From: Camelus dromedarius
Lineage: Eukaryota
Assembly (NCBI RefSeq): GCF_036321535.1
Contig: NC_087436.1
Span: 46,626,001-46,690,000, forward strand
Length of the DNA: 64,000 nucleotides
Reading direction: 5' to 3'
Shown: piece by piece, positions 38,301 to 51,064 of the stretch
Position numbering within the stretch: position 1 is the stretch's first letter
How the letters are laid out: each line of letters starts with the position of its first letter
Translations under genes and position numbers: made by a program
Notes under the pieces: model-generated
Told to the model about the DNA's origin: nothing
The model's database searches: none
What the model saw: only the letters and a program-made list of their open reading frames with translations

Positions 38301-41300
38301 ATTTTCTTCCTGGAAAAGACACAGCTGTGCTCAAGTATACTACTTTAAAATGTAAAAATTTGGCTAGGAGAGAAGCTGGACATAGTAGGTGCGGTCAGGA
38401 GTGTGTCAGATGGAGATAGTTTTACAGTGATTGGGTCACCCTAAAAATGGCCCTCTAATAAGAGTCTGAAGCACGTTTCTCCTTTATTGAAATCATCTTG
38501 CCAAATAGGTAGATATATTCAAGTCTGCTGGCCATAGTCTTCTAATATTCTTGACAGCAGAGGAGAAATCTTGCCAACTGGTTTGGGGATTTTTTTTTTC
38601 ATGGGCTCAGTCAATCCTGCCCCTTTCTTCCCTTGTCCACCTGCAGATCAGCCACAGTACAAGTGGATGAGTATCCAGGGATGACACCTAGACCACCTTG
38701 ACTGGAGTTGGTGTCCCCAAACTTTTAGTTGTACATCTGCAGTTTCTTGACTCATAATCCAAGGTGACAAATTACCTCTATTATGGAATTTCCTATTCAT
38801 TAAATGAGTGCTCTCATTCCCCATTCTTCTAAGTTCCTAAGAGGTCTCCTCATTGCTGAAGACATGAACCCCCTACGTGAGCAAATGTCTTGATTCACTC
38901 CACTCTCAGGCATGAATTTAATAAAACGAAATGCAGAAGCTATGTTATGAAAAGGAAGTAAGGTATACACATATAACTTGGTACATAGAATTCATGTAGA
39001 ATTAACTAACATGCTGTCAAATAAAAATTGTACAAGAACAGTCTTTTCTAAATTCCAGCTAGATGAAGACCGTGTGAAATATCTGTAATTAGTAATAAGC
39101 GGAGCAATGGACGTGTGTTTTGTAAGCTTTAAAACAGTCTCCAAAAGTTATTTCTGCTTAAGCCCCTAAACATAAACTAAGCTCCTCTTATATGCTGAGA
39201 ACTGGGTACATTTTTCAGATACAGATGAATGAGGCTAAATGGACAAAATGTATTTAAGCGCTGCAGCAGGTGAATATGAACATATAAATAGGATATGGTG
39301 TGGAAATTTTTATAAAGAAGTAAATAAGAAATAAAATCAGACCTGGAACTCAAGCAGTTTCCAATCTAGTTGATTCATTTTTCAGGAAGTATTAAGAGTT
39401 TCCCATTTCTCTGAGGTCAGATAAGGACACGTTCCTGGAATCTCCATCGTGGTAACGAGCACAGGCTCTGGGTTCATCACCTACTGTCTGTGCAACATTT
39501 CAGGAGTGACTTGACCTCTCTGAGTTTCCTCATCTACGAAATGGGCCAAGTAGTCCTACGTTACAGCACTGTCACGAGGTTGCTGTGAGGTGACATGTGA
39601 AGAATGCTGGGGACAACGCCAGGCACACCGTAAGCTGTCAATAAATATTAGCTATTTTCCACACCTCCCCTTCCTGGAACAACAAAGCTTTTCATAGTAA
39701 AAGAAAGTCCTCTCCAGGACAAGAGTTAGGGATTTAAAAGGTTAAAACTCCAAAAGAATGGAGTGTGTACTAAGGCTAGTGAATCAGCACTTTCCTTGTT
39801 TACTCCCTGTTGGCTCAGAAACACTGATTAACATGCTCAGAGGAAAAGATCCAAGACGAATTCAAACGACAAGGAAAACAACAAGCCTTCTTGAAACATC
39901 GGCAATTTCCTCACTAAGACTTACTTTAGTAACAGTGGGGTCATGTGATATTTTAGGTCTTGGGAGGAAGAGGGGGCAAAGAAACAGCAGATCTTCACAC
40001 GTGAGACCCCAAAGACCCAGAGGTACAGTTAGTATTCTTTTTTTTCTGGTACCTCTGTCTGCTCTTCTCAAAGGACTAACCAGGCGTGGCACAGGGCAGA
40101 GGACGCCCAGCCACGAGGTCCCGACATGGCACCAGCTTGTTGGGAGACCCGCACGGGTCGCTCAAGGCCGGGATGCCGCAGAGAAGAGGCGCTTACCCCC
40201 AGCGCGCACGTGACCTTTCACGCAGGGACGCGTGTCCGAGCTTAGTGAGTGGTTTGTCCTGGCCTGCCTTTGAGAGGTTATTTAAATATTTGACTTTTCT
40301 TTGATCGTTGATGCAGTTTTAAGTGGCATTGCCGGCTGCACTGCAGCTCCTATCTTGAGACTTCTCTTACTCAGAAATGGGAAAGTGCAGTGTCAACACT
40401 GCCTAGAATTGACTGTGGCTCTTTATAAAATAATAATGATTGATATTGGGAAACCAGAAGAGAGCTTCAAGAAAAACAAAGAGAAAACAAAGTTTCAGAA
40501 ACATTTGGGTTATTCTACTTCCTATTTTGAAGCATCATATAGTTAGTACCTAGGGGCGAAAAAAGATGGTATTAGTATTATTAATCCTTTATAGATAAAG
40601 GATATTAAGTATTAAAATATATGTATAAATTGAAAATATTCTTGAACTCTCTGTGGTGTTTGTATCCTATCTGTGCTCATGAAAGCCTTAATAAGATCCA
40701 AATTTCTAGCTCCTGAGTCCCTGGGAGATCTTTCAAAGCTACCAAAGATCAGACATATCAGCTCCTTCACAAGGGAGCCGTGGACTCCTAAGGTCATTTA
40801 ATTTTGGGCCTCAAATCTGGGCACTTAGCACTGGGAGACTTTTCAGTGATCACTTAATCAATTTTCTACAGAGAAAAGTTCCTTCTTGGTAAAATGGTAA
40901 GTGTTCCTTTGAAAGCTTTACCACATGTGAAAACAAGAATTTGAGACAGGCCTAAGAACACCATCAAACAACTCTGAAGCCTGGCCCCTAGGCTTGGCAC
41001 ATGGTAGGCACTCAATAAATGCTTCTTCTTATTCATGTATCAAGAGCCCCATCTGCTGGTCAAATAGAATTCATTTGCAGTCCTCCAGACACCAATCAGA
41101 AAACCCATGTGTCAGAAAAATAGAAGAGACAAAAGGAGTATCAAAGGTGAGGGATGTTAGAGATCATCTGATCCAACCCATTTATTTTACAAATAAAGAA
41201 GCTTGTTACAATACTGGTGTATTCCTAACTAAAAGAAATGCACGAAGTCAAATAATTTACCAAAGTTACAAATCAGAGTTAGTCTGAAAAATACTCACTG

Positions 41301-41899
41301 TGAGACAGAGAAGAAGTATGAGATTTTATAAGATGAAAGTAGCCCACATATTGAAGATACTTTCTGGTTTAAAATTTCAACCTATTCTTCTCAAGGAAAA
41401 CGGTGAAATAGGAGTTTGGATTTAGAGTCAAATTAAGGTTTGAATTTGAGGTTTTGTGGTTTGAGATATTTGCCTCTCTGGCTTAATATCCTTCATCCTT
41501 AAGTTGTGCATTAATACCCCACTCTAAGGATGTGAGATCACCTATCTACAGCGTAACAGTGGGCACGCAGTTGGAACCCCAAAATTGGAGGAGGAGGAAG
41601 GATGGCCGTGGGTATTGCTACATTGTAGACTAACAATAGCTTTCCTACTTATCGAGTAGCAGGATTGTGGTAATGTATATAAAAGTTCTTTGTAAAGTGA
41701 AAACGTACAGTGCAACTAAAAGTTACAGTTGTCAATTCTGACACAGAGATGATGTTTAAAAGATTACATTTTTAATCATTAATTTAACAATAAAATCTTT
41801 TAAAAAAGAATGAGGAACATTTCTTTGATAAACTATGTTTTAAAAACACAAGCTTTCATTTACTATCTGGAAAGACTATTCTGGGCTCTCTACTTCTCT

Positions 41900-42820
41900 A
41901 GACTCAGCTCAAAAACTGAACAATTCCTCCTTTGGTTCATCTCTCTCTTCTCACATTGCATTATATGCTACCTGAGCTAGGAGAAGCCAGTTGACACGTT
42001 CTAGTTTCTGCCTGGAAAAGGCCCCAGTTAGATCCATGGGTTCATTAGGTGCTCTTTCTATTCTCTACATTACCTGCTGCCTTTTTTCAGCCTCCAACAT
42101 CATTTCTCTCAATGGCTTCAAGCCCTCGTCAACACTTCCCTGAGGAACTGTCACCTGTCACTTGTGGTCTCCTCGAAGCCTTTCTAGCCTGAATTCTCCA
42201 CCTCCTCAAGACCCTGTCTGTTTCCATCCATTACTCAGTCCCAAAGCCAGTGCCACATTTCCATCCCAGTCATCTACACTGCAGAAAAAGCCACCTTAAA
42301 ATTTATTGCCTAAAAACAATAGCTTATTAATATTTCCCAAGGTTTGCTAGGCTGAATGGGCTAGTGGGCAGCTCTCCCCTGGGGTGTTTCTAGCAGTTTC
42401 TGTCAGCTGGCAGCTGGGGCTGGATGTCCACAAGGGCTGACTCACAGAACTAGCATTGATGATGGTGGCCAGCTCAGAGCTCAGCTGGTGTGGACAGGAG
42501 TGGCCGCTTCTTCGTGTGACTTGGGCTTCTCCTGATCTTGTAGCTGGGTTCCCAACTGCATCCCAAGAGGGTGCGTCCCAAGAGCTGGCATTCTCAGAGG
42601 CAGGAACCAGAGGTGCCAGGCTGCTTAAAACCGCCCGGTGCTGGCACAGGCTCACTTCCACCTTCTTCTGCTGGTTAAAGCAGTCACAGGGCTGGCCAAG
42701 CAGCAAGGGCTACGGAAGTCATTGCCACCTCGTCATGGGGCCTCGCAAGGTCACCTTGTACAAAATGAATGGAGTAAGAGCCGTTGTCGCTGCCAAATTT
42801 GGAAACTACAATACGCCGTG
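41900..42820 (-). mobile_element. MaLR LTR (MLT1H/J-like, ~42275-42820) with adjacent MLT1 internal sequence
   Basis: CAGTCCCAAAGCCAGTGCCACATTT (MaLR internal end), then GGGCTTCTC...TAGCTGGGTTCC...CACTTCCACC...GCAGTCACAGG. Confidence 0.7.
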
Positions 42821-42849
42821 TAAGGATTTAAAAAACAAACGAACTCTAT

Positions 42850-43690
42850 CAACCCAAAAAAGGTGAAAGAGGAGGAAAAAGAAGCATTGAAAAAGTGAGA
42901 TAAATAGTGCAAAGTAAAGACATAGAGAAAAGTCCAAGTATGTAATAATCACAATTCCTGAAAATAGGCTGAACTTGCTCATTAAAAGACAAAGATTATC
43001 AGAGTGACACAAATAAATAAAGCTTCATGCTACACAGACACCCCTAAAACGTAAGTGCAAAGAAAAGGCTGAAAGAAAACGGTAGATAAATATACATCGC
43101 CAAGTCTAAGCTGCAGAGAACTGAGTTACTTACATTAACATGAGACTTCGTAGACTTTGAGACAAAAAAATCACTATGAAATATGAAGATGGTCACCACA
43201 TAATGATGAAAGCTTCAATCCACCTGAAAGATATGACAATCAAATTTTATAAAGTTGAAAATAGTTTTTAAAGCTATGATCATACTGAAAGATAACATAT
43301 CTGAAAGAATATTTTTTAAAGTTACAAACATAGTAAAAGATAATTTTAATTATCAATGTGCTAAGCAGCAACTCAAAAGCAAGCAAGACTAGATGATATA
43401 TCATTGAAATAGTCATACAAATGTGGTAATACTGTTTTTCAAAAAGCAAAGAAGTGATAAACACAAAATTCAAAGCAGGAGGTTCCTCTTCAGGGAAGGC
43501 AGAGATGTGGACAAGGACAGAGGACAAATGTAGACTCAAAGGCATTGGTAATATTTTCATTCTTATGCTGGGTATGAATCCCAGTGACTTGATTCATTTT
43601 CTTATGCTTCCCAATTCACATGTTTGTGTCATGTATTCCTTTGAATATATTACATATTATATAATAAACTGTTAATATGAAAAATGACAT
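42850..43690 (+). mobile_element. Old L1 fragments (endonuclease-region and 3' UTR remnants)
   Basis: CATTAAAAGACAAAGATTATCAGAGTG...CATAATGATGAAAGCTTCAATCCACC resembles L1 ORF2 N-terminal sequence. Confidence 0.6.
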
Positions 43691-44682
43691 GAATCAAGCT
43701 TTATAGGGGAAACAAAAGAATGTAACAGATCAAAACTACAACTTCATTAAGTTAATGATTTGAGTATTTTCCCACGGTTCAGTCCTTTTTAAAAAAATTT
43801 CCTCTGTCATTTTTTTCAACCTGAAAATGTTCCTAAACTGTGTCTATGGATGAAGTACTTCAAAAGGTTCATGAACTCCCTGAAACAGCAGGCAAACTCT
43901 GTGTCTGTGTGTGTGTGTGCACGTGTGTGTACTGGAGCAGGGAGGGGAGGGAAGAGTCCATTCTTCTGACAAGAATGTCTAGAGATATGCAGTGTGCACT
44001 AGTTAAGGGGATGGGTTTGGGAGGCAGAGAAACTTGGGTTTGAATTTTGGATCAAGCATCCCTTCATGTGTGATCTTGGTCTAGTTGCTTATCTCTCTGA
44101 GAGTTGGTTCCCGCATCTGTAAAATGAGAATAATAATGCATACCTCACAGTGCTATGGTACAGATAAAAAGAAATAATATATATACAAAGAGTTTGGCAC
44201 AGCTCTGGATACAGAATGTGTATGCTCTGATTATTACTCTTTTATTATAATTTTCATCAAATCCTCAATTGGCCCATGACCCAAAAGATTAAGCAACACT
44301 CTTAGAAGAAGCCATTTTTTCCCTTGATTCTGTGTGTTTGGCTCTCATTTATTTATTGTAAGTGAGCAAAACGCACATGAGCTCACGTTGCCCATTGCAA
44401 CAAACAAACAGTGATAGATTTGGGGGATAGAGTTCATACTTTCAAAAGAAAAGCTGGCTTTAAAAAAAACATTTTATTGAAAGTAACATTCATAAGTACA
44501 CAGATTGTAAGTGTACAGCTCAATGCATTGCCCCAAAATGTACACACCCACCAAAGTAGTGCCCAGATGAAGAAACAACATTACCAGCAAACCCAAGCAG
44601 CTCTCCGCATGTTCCCTTCTGGTTAGTATCCCCACCTCTCAAAGTAACCACTATCTCAACCTCTTAAATCATGGGAAAGACT

Positions 44683-44989
44683 ATTTTTTAATTGAAATAT
44701 AATTGACTTACAACACTATGTTAGTTCCAGATGCACAACATAGTGATTCAATATTTCTATACATTACACAATAATCACCACCATTAGTCTATACCTCTGT
44801 CACCATACAAAGGTATTACAATATCACTGACTATATTCCCCTTTCTGTACATTTCACCCTTGTGACCCATTTATTTTGTAACTGGAATTTTGTACTTCTT
44901 AATCTCCCTCACCTATTTTACTAATCCCCCCTATTTGTTGCAAATCACAAAATTTCATTCTCTATTTATGGCTGATATATATAGACACA

Positions 44990-45032
<43 letters not shown>

Positions 45033-45710
45033 CACATCTTCTTTATCCATTCATCTATTGATGGACATTTAGTTTCTTCCATACCTTGCCTATTGTGTAA
45101 TGCCGCAATGAACATTGGGGTACATGTATATTTTTGAGTTAGTGTTATTTTCTTTGGAAAAATACCCAGAAGTGGAATTGCTGGGTGTTAGGAAAACTGG
45201 ATGGCTACGAAAGAATCGTAGAAGAATGCAAAAGAATCAAACTGGATCATTTTCCACACCATATACAAAAATAAATCAAAATGGATTAAAGACTTAAACG
45301 TTAGACCTAAAGCTGTAAAATTCCTAGAAGAAAACATAGGCAGTATGCATCGGTCTTAGCAATACTTTTTTGGATATGTCTCCTAAGGCAAGGAAAACAG
45401 AAGCAAAAATGAACAAATGGGACTACATCAAACTAAAAAGAAATTTCATAGCAAGGAAAACTATCAACAAAACAGCAAGGCCATCTACTGAATGAGAAAA
45501 GATATTTGCAAATGATATATCTGATAAAGGAATAATATCCAAAATAAACAAAGAACTCATACAACTCGACAACAATAAAGCAAACAACCTGATTTTAAAA
45601 ATGGGCTGAGGAACTGAATAGATATTTTCCTAAAGAAGACATACAGACTGCCAGCAGGTACATGAAAAGGTGCTCCACATGGCTAATCAGGAGGGAAATG
45701 CATACCAAGG
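44683..45710 (-). mobile_element. L1 with 5' inversion (3' part on -, 44683-45185; ORF2 part on +, 45186-45710)
   Basis: The orientation switches at ...GGAATTGCTGGG|TGTTAGGAAAACTGG. Contains an (AC)n tract at 44985-45030. Confidence 0.75.
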
Positions 45711-48021
45711 TCGCGTTTTAAAGAATAAATTAAATATAGGACAAAAAGTAAATGTTCTAGGAGAAAGTACAAAGGCTTTAGAGCTCGACGCTTTAGTCCA
45801 ACCCAGCGGGTCCCTGCGGAATGGAGACGATCCTAGCGACTAGACTGAAATGTTGTGAGGACTGGGAATAATGCAGATCAAGCAGCCAGAATGGTACCTT
45901 CCTTGTTGACTCAGCCTGCTACTTTTTATGACACTAAGAGACCCAGAAGATGCTTGGGGTCCTTGTTACGATTAAATGAAGTAAGAGGTGTGAGGGCACT
46001 TTTAAAAGTTGAAATATGCTGTTATACAAATATAAAATGTGATGTAAAAAGATACAGTTAGATATTAAAATTGGCAGAGAATGTCCCATCATCTCAGTGA
46101 AAATAGTACAACAGTTCTGAAGACTCTGAATTACAACTGTTCAGCCTATTAACCTGGTGGGACCTTGAGAGCTCTGTGTTTAGACTGGCGCCCACGCTCT
46201 GCTGTCAAGAGAAAATTCTTTTTCTGAAGCGGAGCAACTGCCAACATAAGCACTTAATGGCATGTGTGAAGATTCATCCTCGACAGGAAGCGTCTGAAGA
46301 AATGGACTTTATGACGAGAAGATGCCGTCCATTAACGGAAGGCAGCTCCTTGGCCGTCAGTCCAGGGGTGGCGTTCTGCTGGGCGCCGCATAGAAAGCAT
46401 TCCCAGAGGCAACGGCAAACATCAATCATAAAAACACTTCGTTAAGTGGACATAATAAAAGCAGACATTCCGTGCTTCAACTATATTTATCACACAGGCC
46501 TGTGTGCACATTTCCATCACTCCCATCTCCGGGAGAGAATGTACAATCGTGCATTAAATGAAACTACAGAATGTGAAGGGAAGTAGAACCAAAGGGAAGT
46601 TCAGAGCTAACATTCCTGGAGCACCTATTATGTTCCAGAGGCCGAGCATTATCTCATTTAATTCTCAGAACCTCCCTATGAGGTAGATATTGTTAACTGC
46701 ATTTTACTTAGAGGAAAACGAGACTCAGAGAATCTAAGCAACTTGTCCATGGTGATACGGCAACCAGTAACACATAATATTGTCCATCTAGGTCCATGGT
46801 CACCATTGCTGAAACCCTGATATTAACACAGCTTATCAGAAGGATGTAGTCACCAAAATGGCTCTATCAGTCTAAGTATAAGCACCTCAAGTGCAATGTG
46901 TAATCTTTTGAAGAACTTATTTTTGAGGGAAGGAATAAAGTGGATTTTATTTTGGTAATCTAAAGTTTGCGATGACTTTATTATATACAGGTAGAAATTC
47001 CTACTATGTAGTTGGAGACACAGACTGAAGACTAAAAGGTATAAGGCAGAGATTTTGCAGTTATTAGGGTGAAATGTAGTTATTGAAGTCACCAGTGAGA
47101 ATGCTCCCAAATTCTCGGGGAACGTATTTCTAAAGGACTATAGACAACCGGCAGTGCAGTGGGAGAGGAGTGACCATCAAGGAATCAGACCCAACATTTC
47201 GGAGCCTGAACGCTAGAAGTGGTAAGCCTGAAAAAAATGGAAGCTCAGGAGAGCATTTTACTCTTTGAAATGCTGGCTGCCATTAGATAGTGCAGGTAGA
47301 TATGTCTAGATGTAAACACAAGGGGTGGACCTGAAACCGAGGAACTAAAGCAAAACAGGAAATGGCTTTCTGAAAGAGAAAGAGATCTGAAGATGGCATG
47401 GGCTGCCCTGACAGGTGAAAAGATTCCTGTCATTAGCAGGTTCAGCGGAAGTTAGAGGACACCTCATCGTGGATAGTGAAATTAGGACTTGAGTTATCTC
47501 ACAAACTTTGTAACAAATTATATGAACTAAATTCCGTAAACTTGGCAACTTGATTGGGCTTTGGGTAACCTTGTAAAGAGAACCAGACCACAGAGCTAGA
47601 GGGGTGAGTTAGGGAGGAATGGCCAAAGACAAGGGAAGAGGTAGGAGTTTCCATTCGAGGAGGTGCCCTTAACTATTATTGAATCAAGGAAATTTCCTAG
47701 AAAGTTACATTACTTCAGCCAAGTTGAAGCTGTCAAGTAATGATCAAGATAGGTTGGCAGCCATGATTCCCTCTACTCCGAACTAGAGTAATAAAAGTTA
47801 TTGGTTTTATAGGGAAAAAAGCATGAAGCAGACCCATAGACTGTATCAGAAATAAACAATGGAGTCCTTACAGTATCATACCCTCAATTCTGGCACTCCT
47901 GCTGCCCAGCATCCCTGTCTTGTGTATTGTGACATGCCAGTATCCAAATAATTTACCCTCTTTGCTTAAGACAATGAGCCAGTTTCTCTCACTCAGGAGT
48001 CTTAGTGTTAGGAGTTGGGGT

Positions 48022-48160
48022 GGGGAAGGTAGAGCTTAGTGGTAGAGCACATGCCTGGCGTTCACAAAGTGCTGGGTACAATCCCAAGTACCTCCATTAA
48101 AATAAAAATAAACCTAATTACCTCCCCACTACCACCGCGCCAAAAAAGAAATACACTTTT
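48022..48160 (+). mobile_element. tRNA-Ala-derived SINE (vic-1 type)
   Basis: GCTTAGTGGTAGAGCACATGC...GTACCTCCATTAAAATAAAAATAAACCTAATTACCTCCCC. Confidence 0.88.
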
Positions 48161-48850
48161 AAAACAAAGTTTAATTAAAGACAATGGGAAAAATAGGAAA
48201 CAAAAATTATTTTTTAAAAAACATCTTAGCACAAAAAAGTCTTACAGTACATAAGGAAAACAAGTAAAAGAGACTTGGGAAAAAGTGCATTTGTATTTGA
48301 AACATTTAGGCAGGTAAGTAGTCATTGCTTCAACAACAAATTAAAGGCTTCCCTCACCCCAAGTCTGGGTTTAGGTGCCCCTCCCACGCACTCCTATAGC
48401 AAACAGAATCCATGCATTAGTGGCTATTCACTAGATTATACATTCCACATGTGTAATTTCAGGGGTTGCAGTTTTCTTCCTGATGTAACCTAGTATCTGG
48501 CATTCCATCTTTTATGACTAAGCATATACTTATTACTACATTCAAAGACTGATCTGTATCAGAAAATAGCAGTATATAATGTGAATAATTGGCCTGCTTT
48601 GCAGAAGACCTGGATTCTAGTTCAAGCTCTCTAACAAAGAAATTCACTTACTAGTAAAATGGGGAAATAACCTTTATTCCAGCTTTACACTTCAGGAATG
48701 TACCATTTACTAAGAACCTAAGTTACCTCACACTTCCCAATTCAAATGAATGTTAACAACAATCATAGTACAATCTTCCTTTCATAAGCAAGATATATAG
48801 GATTGCCTCTCATTTTAATCCTATAAAGAGGATATTTTCTTTATAAAATC

Positions 48851-49250
48851 TGTGGCAAACAGAGATGGGCTGCTCAGATCCCCTGGTGGACTTGCTGCCT
48901 AGCTGCACGGAGCAGGGCTGGCTGACAGACTCCAGTTGTTAGCTTTGTCAGGGTTCACCTCAGCTTTCTAGCCAAGATCATGCTAATCTCAAGATGGCAC
49001 CAGGCCAGAGACCTGACAAGGTAGCAAGTGGTCCAAGGGTGTAGCCATTTCCACCCAACCTATTCTTCTGACAGGCGTTCTTTCTGCTGGAGCTCCTCAT
49101 CGGGCTGACAGCACCTGTTAGCTGTGCACCACAGAATGACAGCTTCTCCTGGCTAATTCTGCATCCTTCCTTTACCTCTCCCTGGAGTTTCTCTCCACTA
49201 AGCCATTTTGCAATTCTAAGTCCATTTTAATATCCATTTCCTGGAGAACA
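48851..49250 (+). mobile_element. ERVL LTR (LTR16-like)
   Basis: Starts TGTGGCAAACAGAGATGGGCTGCTCAGATCCCC and ends near TTCCTGGAGAAC. Confidence 0.65.
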
Positions 49251-50479
49251 CTGTGATAAGACCAAAGACTAGTTTGTTTCCAGTCTAGTCCATTAATTTA
49301 CTCTCTTTCATTTATTTAACCTCTGCTGTTAAAATGCTTAGCAGGCTTTTTATCAAGCTGTGACATTTTGGCTTAGTGTCCCCAAAACATTTTAAGTCCA
49401 GCACAAAGTACGGGTTTTTTTTCTTCACATAAAATACCACAACTTTACCAGCGAAATTATTTAAATATATCCCATTGTATTTAGTGAGGATATGTTTCTT
49501 TTACTATAAAAACAAAAACCAAAACCGAACCAAAATTTTAAGAGCTGCTGACATAGAAAAACACACCAAACCTTAACACCACCATCTGGTGGTGCTTAAG
49601 AGGAACTGTTTACTGCTCAGTCATTCAGGAAAAGATCTTTTGAAACCTTAACACCTTTGTGTTACTGTCTGTCCGTCTGATTTAATCAAGGTTTTAAACT
49701 ATGACCAAATAACAAAAAAATGCAATTAAAGCTAAATCAGCCCTTAAAGTTGGTGCATACATATAGGCCTTGTTTTCCTTGCTCAGAGCTTTGGAGCATA
49801 GCAACCTCCTCTCCCCACACCAGTCACTCTAGGACAGACTATTAACAAGTCTTGCTTTGTTCTTGTGTATTTATCAGTACCTGAAATTTTATAAACATTT
49901 CTTATCTTTCAATTATCTGGCTTCCCTATAAGAACACAAGCTCTATGAGGGCAGAGATTTTATCTGTCTTATTTATCCCCATAACCCTCAGGACTGCCCG
50001 GCATATAATAGGTACTCCAAATAAATGAATCTTTTTAAATTTAATGAACAGCTACAGCAAAACCAGTCTTGTAATTAGAAAGAAAAAAAAAAAAAGAAAT
50101 CCTCAAGAGAAAATTTTACTACAAAGATCTTAGGAAAAGAATTAATCAAGGCACTAGAGAAGTGAAGTTCATGGCCAGTTGGGGAGAACTCAAAGGCCTG
50201 GCTAGAAGAACTGGCTCGAGGTGGTTTTAGATGTGCTCAAAGTTGTGGTAATTACGGAAAATGAATACCTGAAAGGAACTTTCATCTAACACTATCACAT
50301 TTACAACACAGACGTGCAGCCTGTGCTTGGACATTAGAACTTCCCCACGTAAGGCATCCTCCCCACTACACTTGGAGGCTTCGGCTACCAACTGTAGCTA
50401 AGAAAGTCACAAGATGGGACTGAGTAATTATAGACCAAAGAATAATACCATCAGTCAATTAAAAAACAAATTTAAAAGG

Positions 50480-51045
50480 TGTTAATTAGAAAAATTATTT
50501 ATTTCTGCTCCTTTCATACAGCTTATTGTTCAGGAAACAGTCTTACATACATATCTGAAATGACGTGCTATCCACACGCTCTGTTTAAAGGCAAAGCACC
50601 ACAGGGAAAGCTGATCAGCTGTCCAGAGTTCTCAGCTTATGGGCTCTCGCTTCTTGATTTTACATTAATTTCTGAAGGTCAGAAATGTCATCTCCAAAAA
50701 ATGTTAAGGGGGTTGTAAAAATAATCACTTTATTCAATATTGTTGCTGTAGAAATGAAGTATATTTTCTTTAAGGGGAAAAAAAAAACGAAGAAGAAAAT
50801 GCCGCGTAACATCGTTGGTATGTCAGTACAGGCCAGCAGGAAGAAATACTGATAAGCTTGTCTCTTTGATACTAAGACGACCTTCTAGTCCAAGCTTTAC
50901 CATGCTTCCTATGTTTTCACTAGATGTTTCTTTTCTGCTGCTTTTCATCCTTTTCCATATTTCGTATCAGAGGATTGGTACAGCCTTTAAAACATCATTA
51001 ACAGGAGCAAATTCAATATCCATGGTTCTCTTCTCAAAAGGCACT
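50480..51045 (-). other. OSTC: OSTC 3' UTR with candidate poly(A) signals (TTTATT on + at 50729-50734 and 50498-50503)
   Basis: Two minus-strand AATAAA hexamers downstream of the stop codon; 3' end inferred. Confidence 0.7.
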
Positions 51046-51064
51046 CTAACCCATCAGATAGCCC
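51046..51064 (-). CDS. OSTC: OSTC exon 4, coding part
   Basis: Acceptor ttttttacag|G GGC TAT CTG ATG GGT TAG gives (P)GYLMG*. The four exons total 139+94+198+19 = 450 nt, i.e. 149 aa plus stop. Confidence 0.95.

Noticed and set aside
39758..40213. 151-aa ORF overlapping the CpG micro-island
   Set aside because: No recognisable homology or splice structure; its length is compatible with chance.
46185..46200. TGGCGCCCA resembling a tRNA-Lys primer-binding site
   Set aside because: Only 9 nt match, there is no LTR immediately upstream and no gag downstream.
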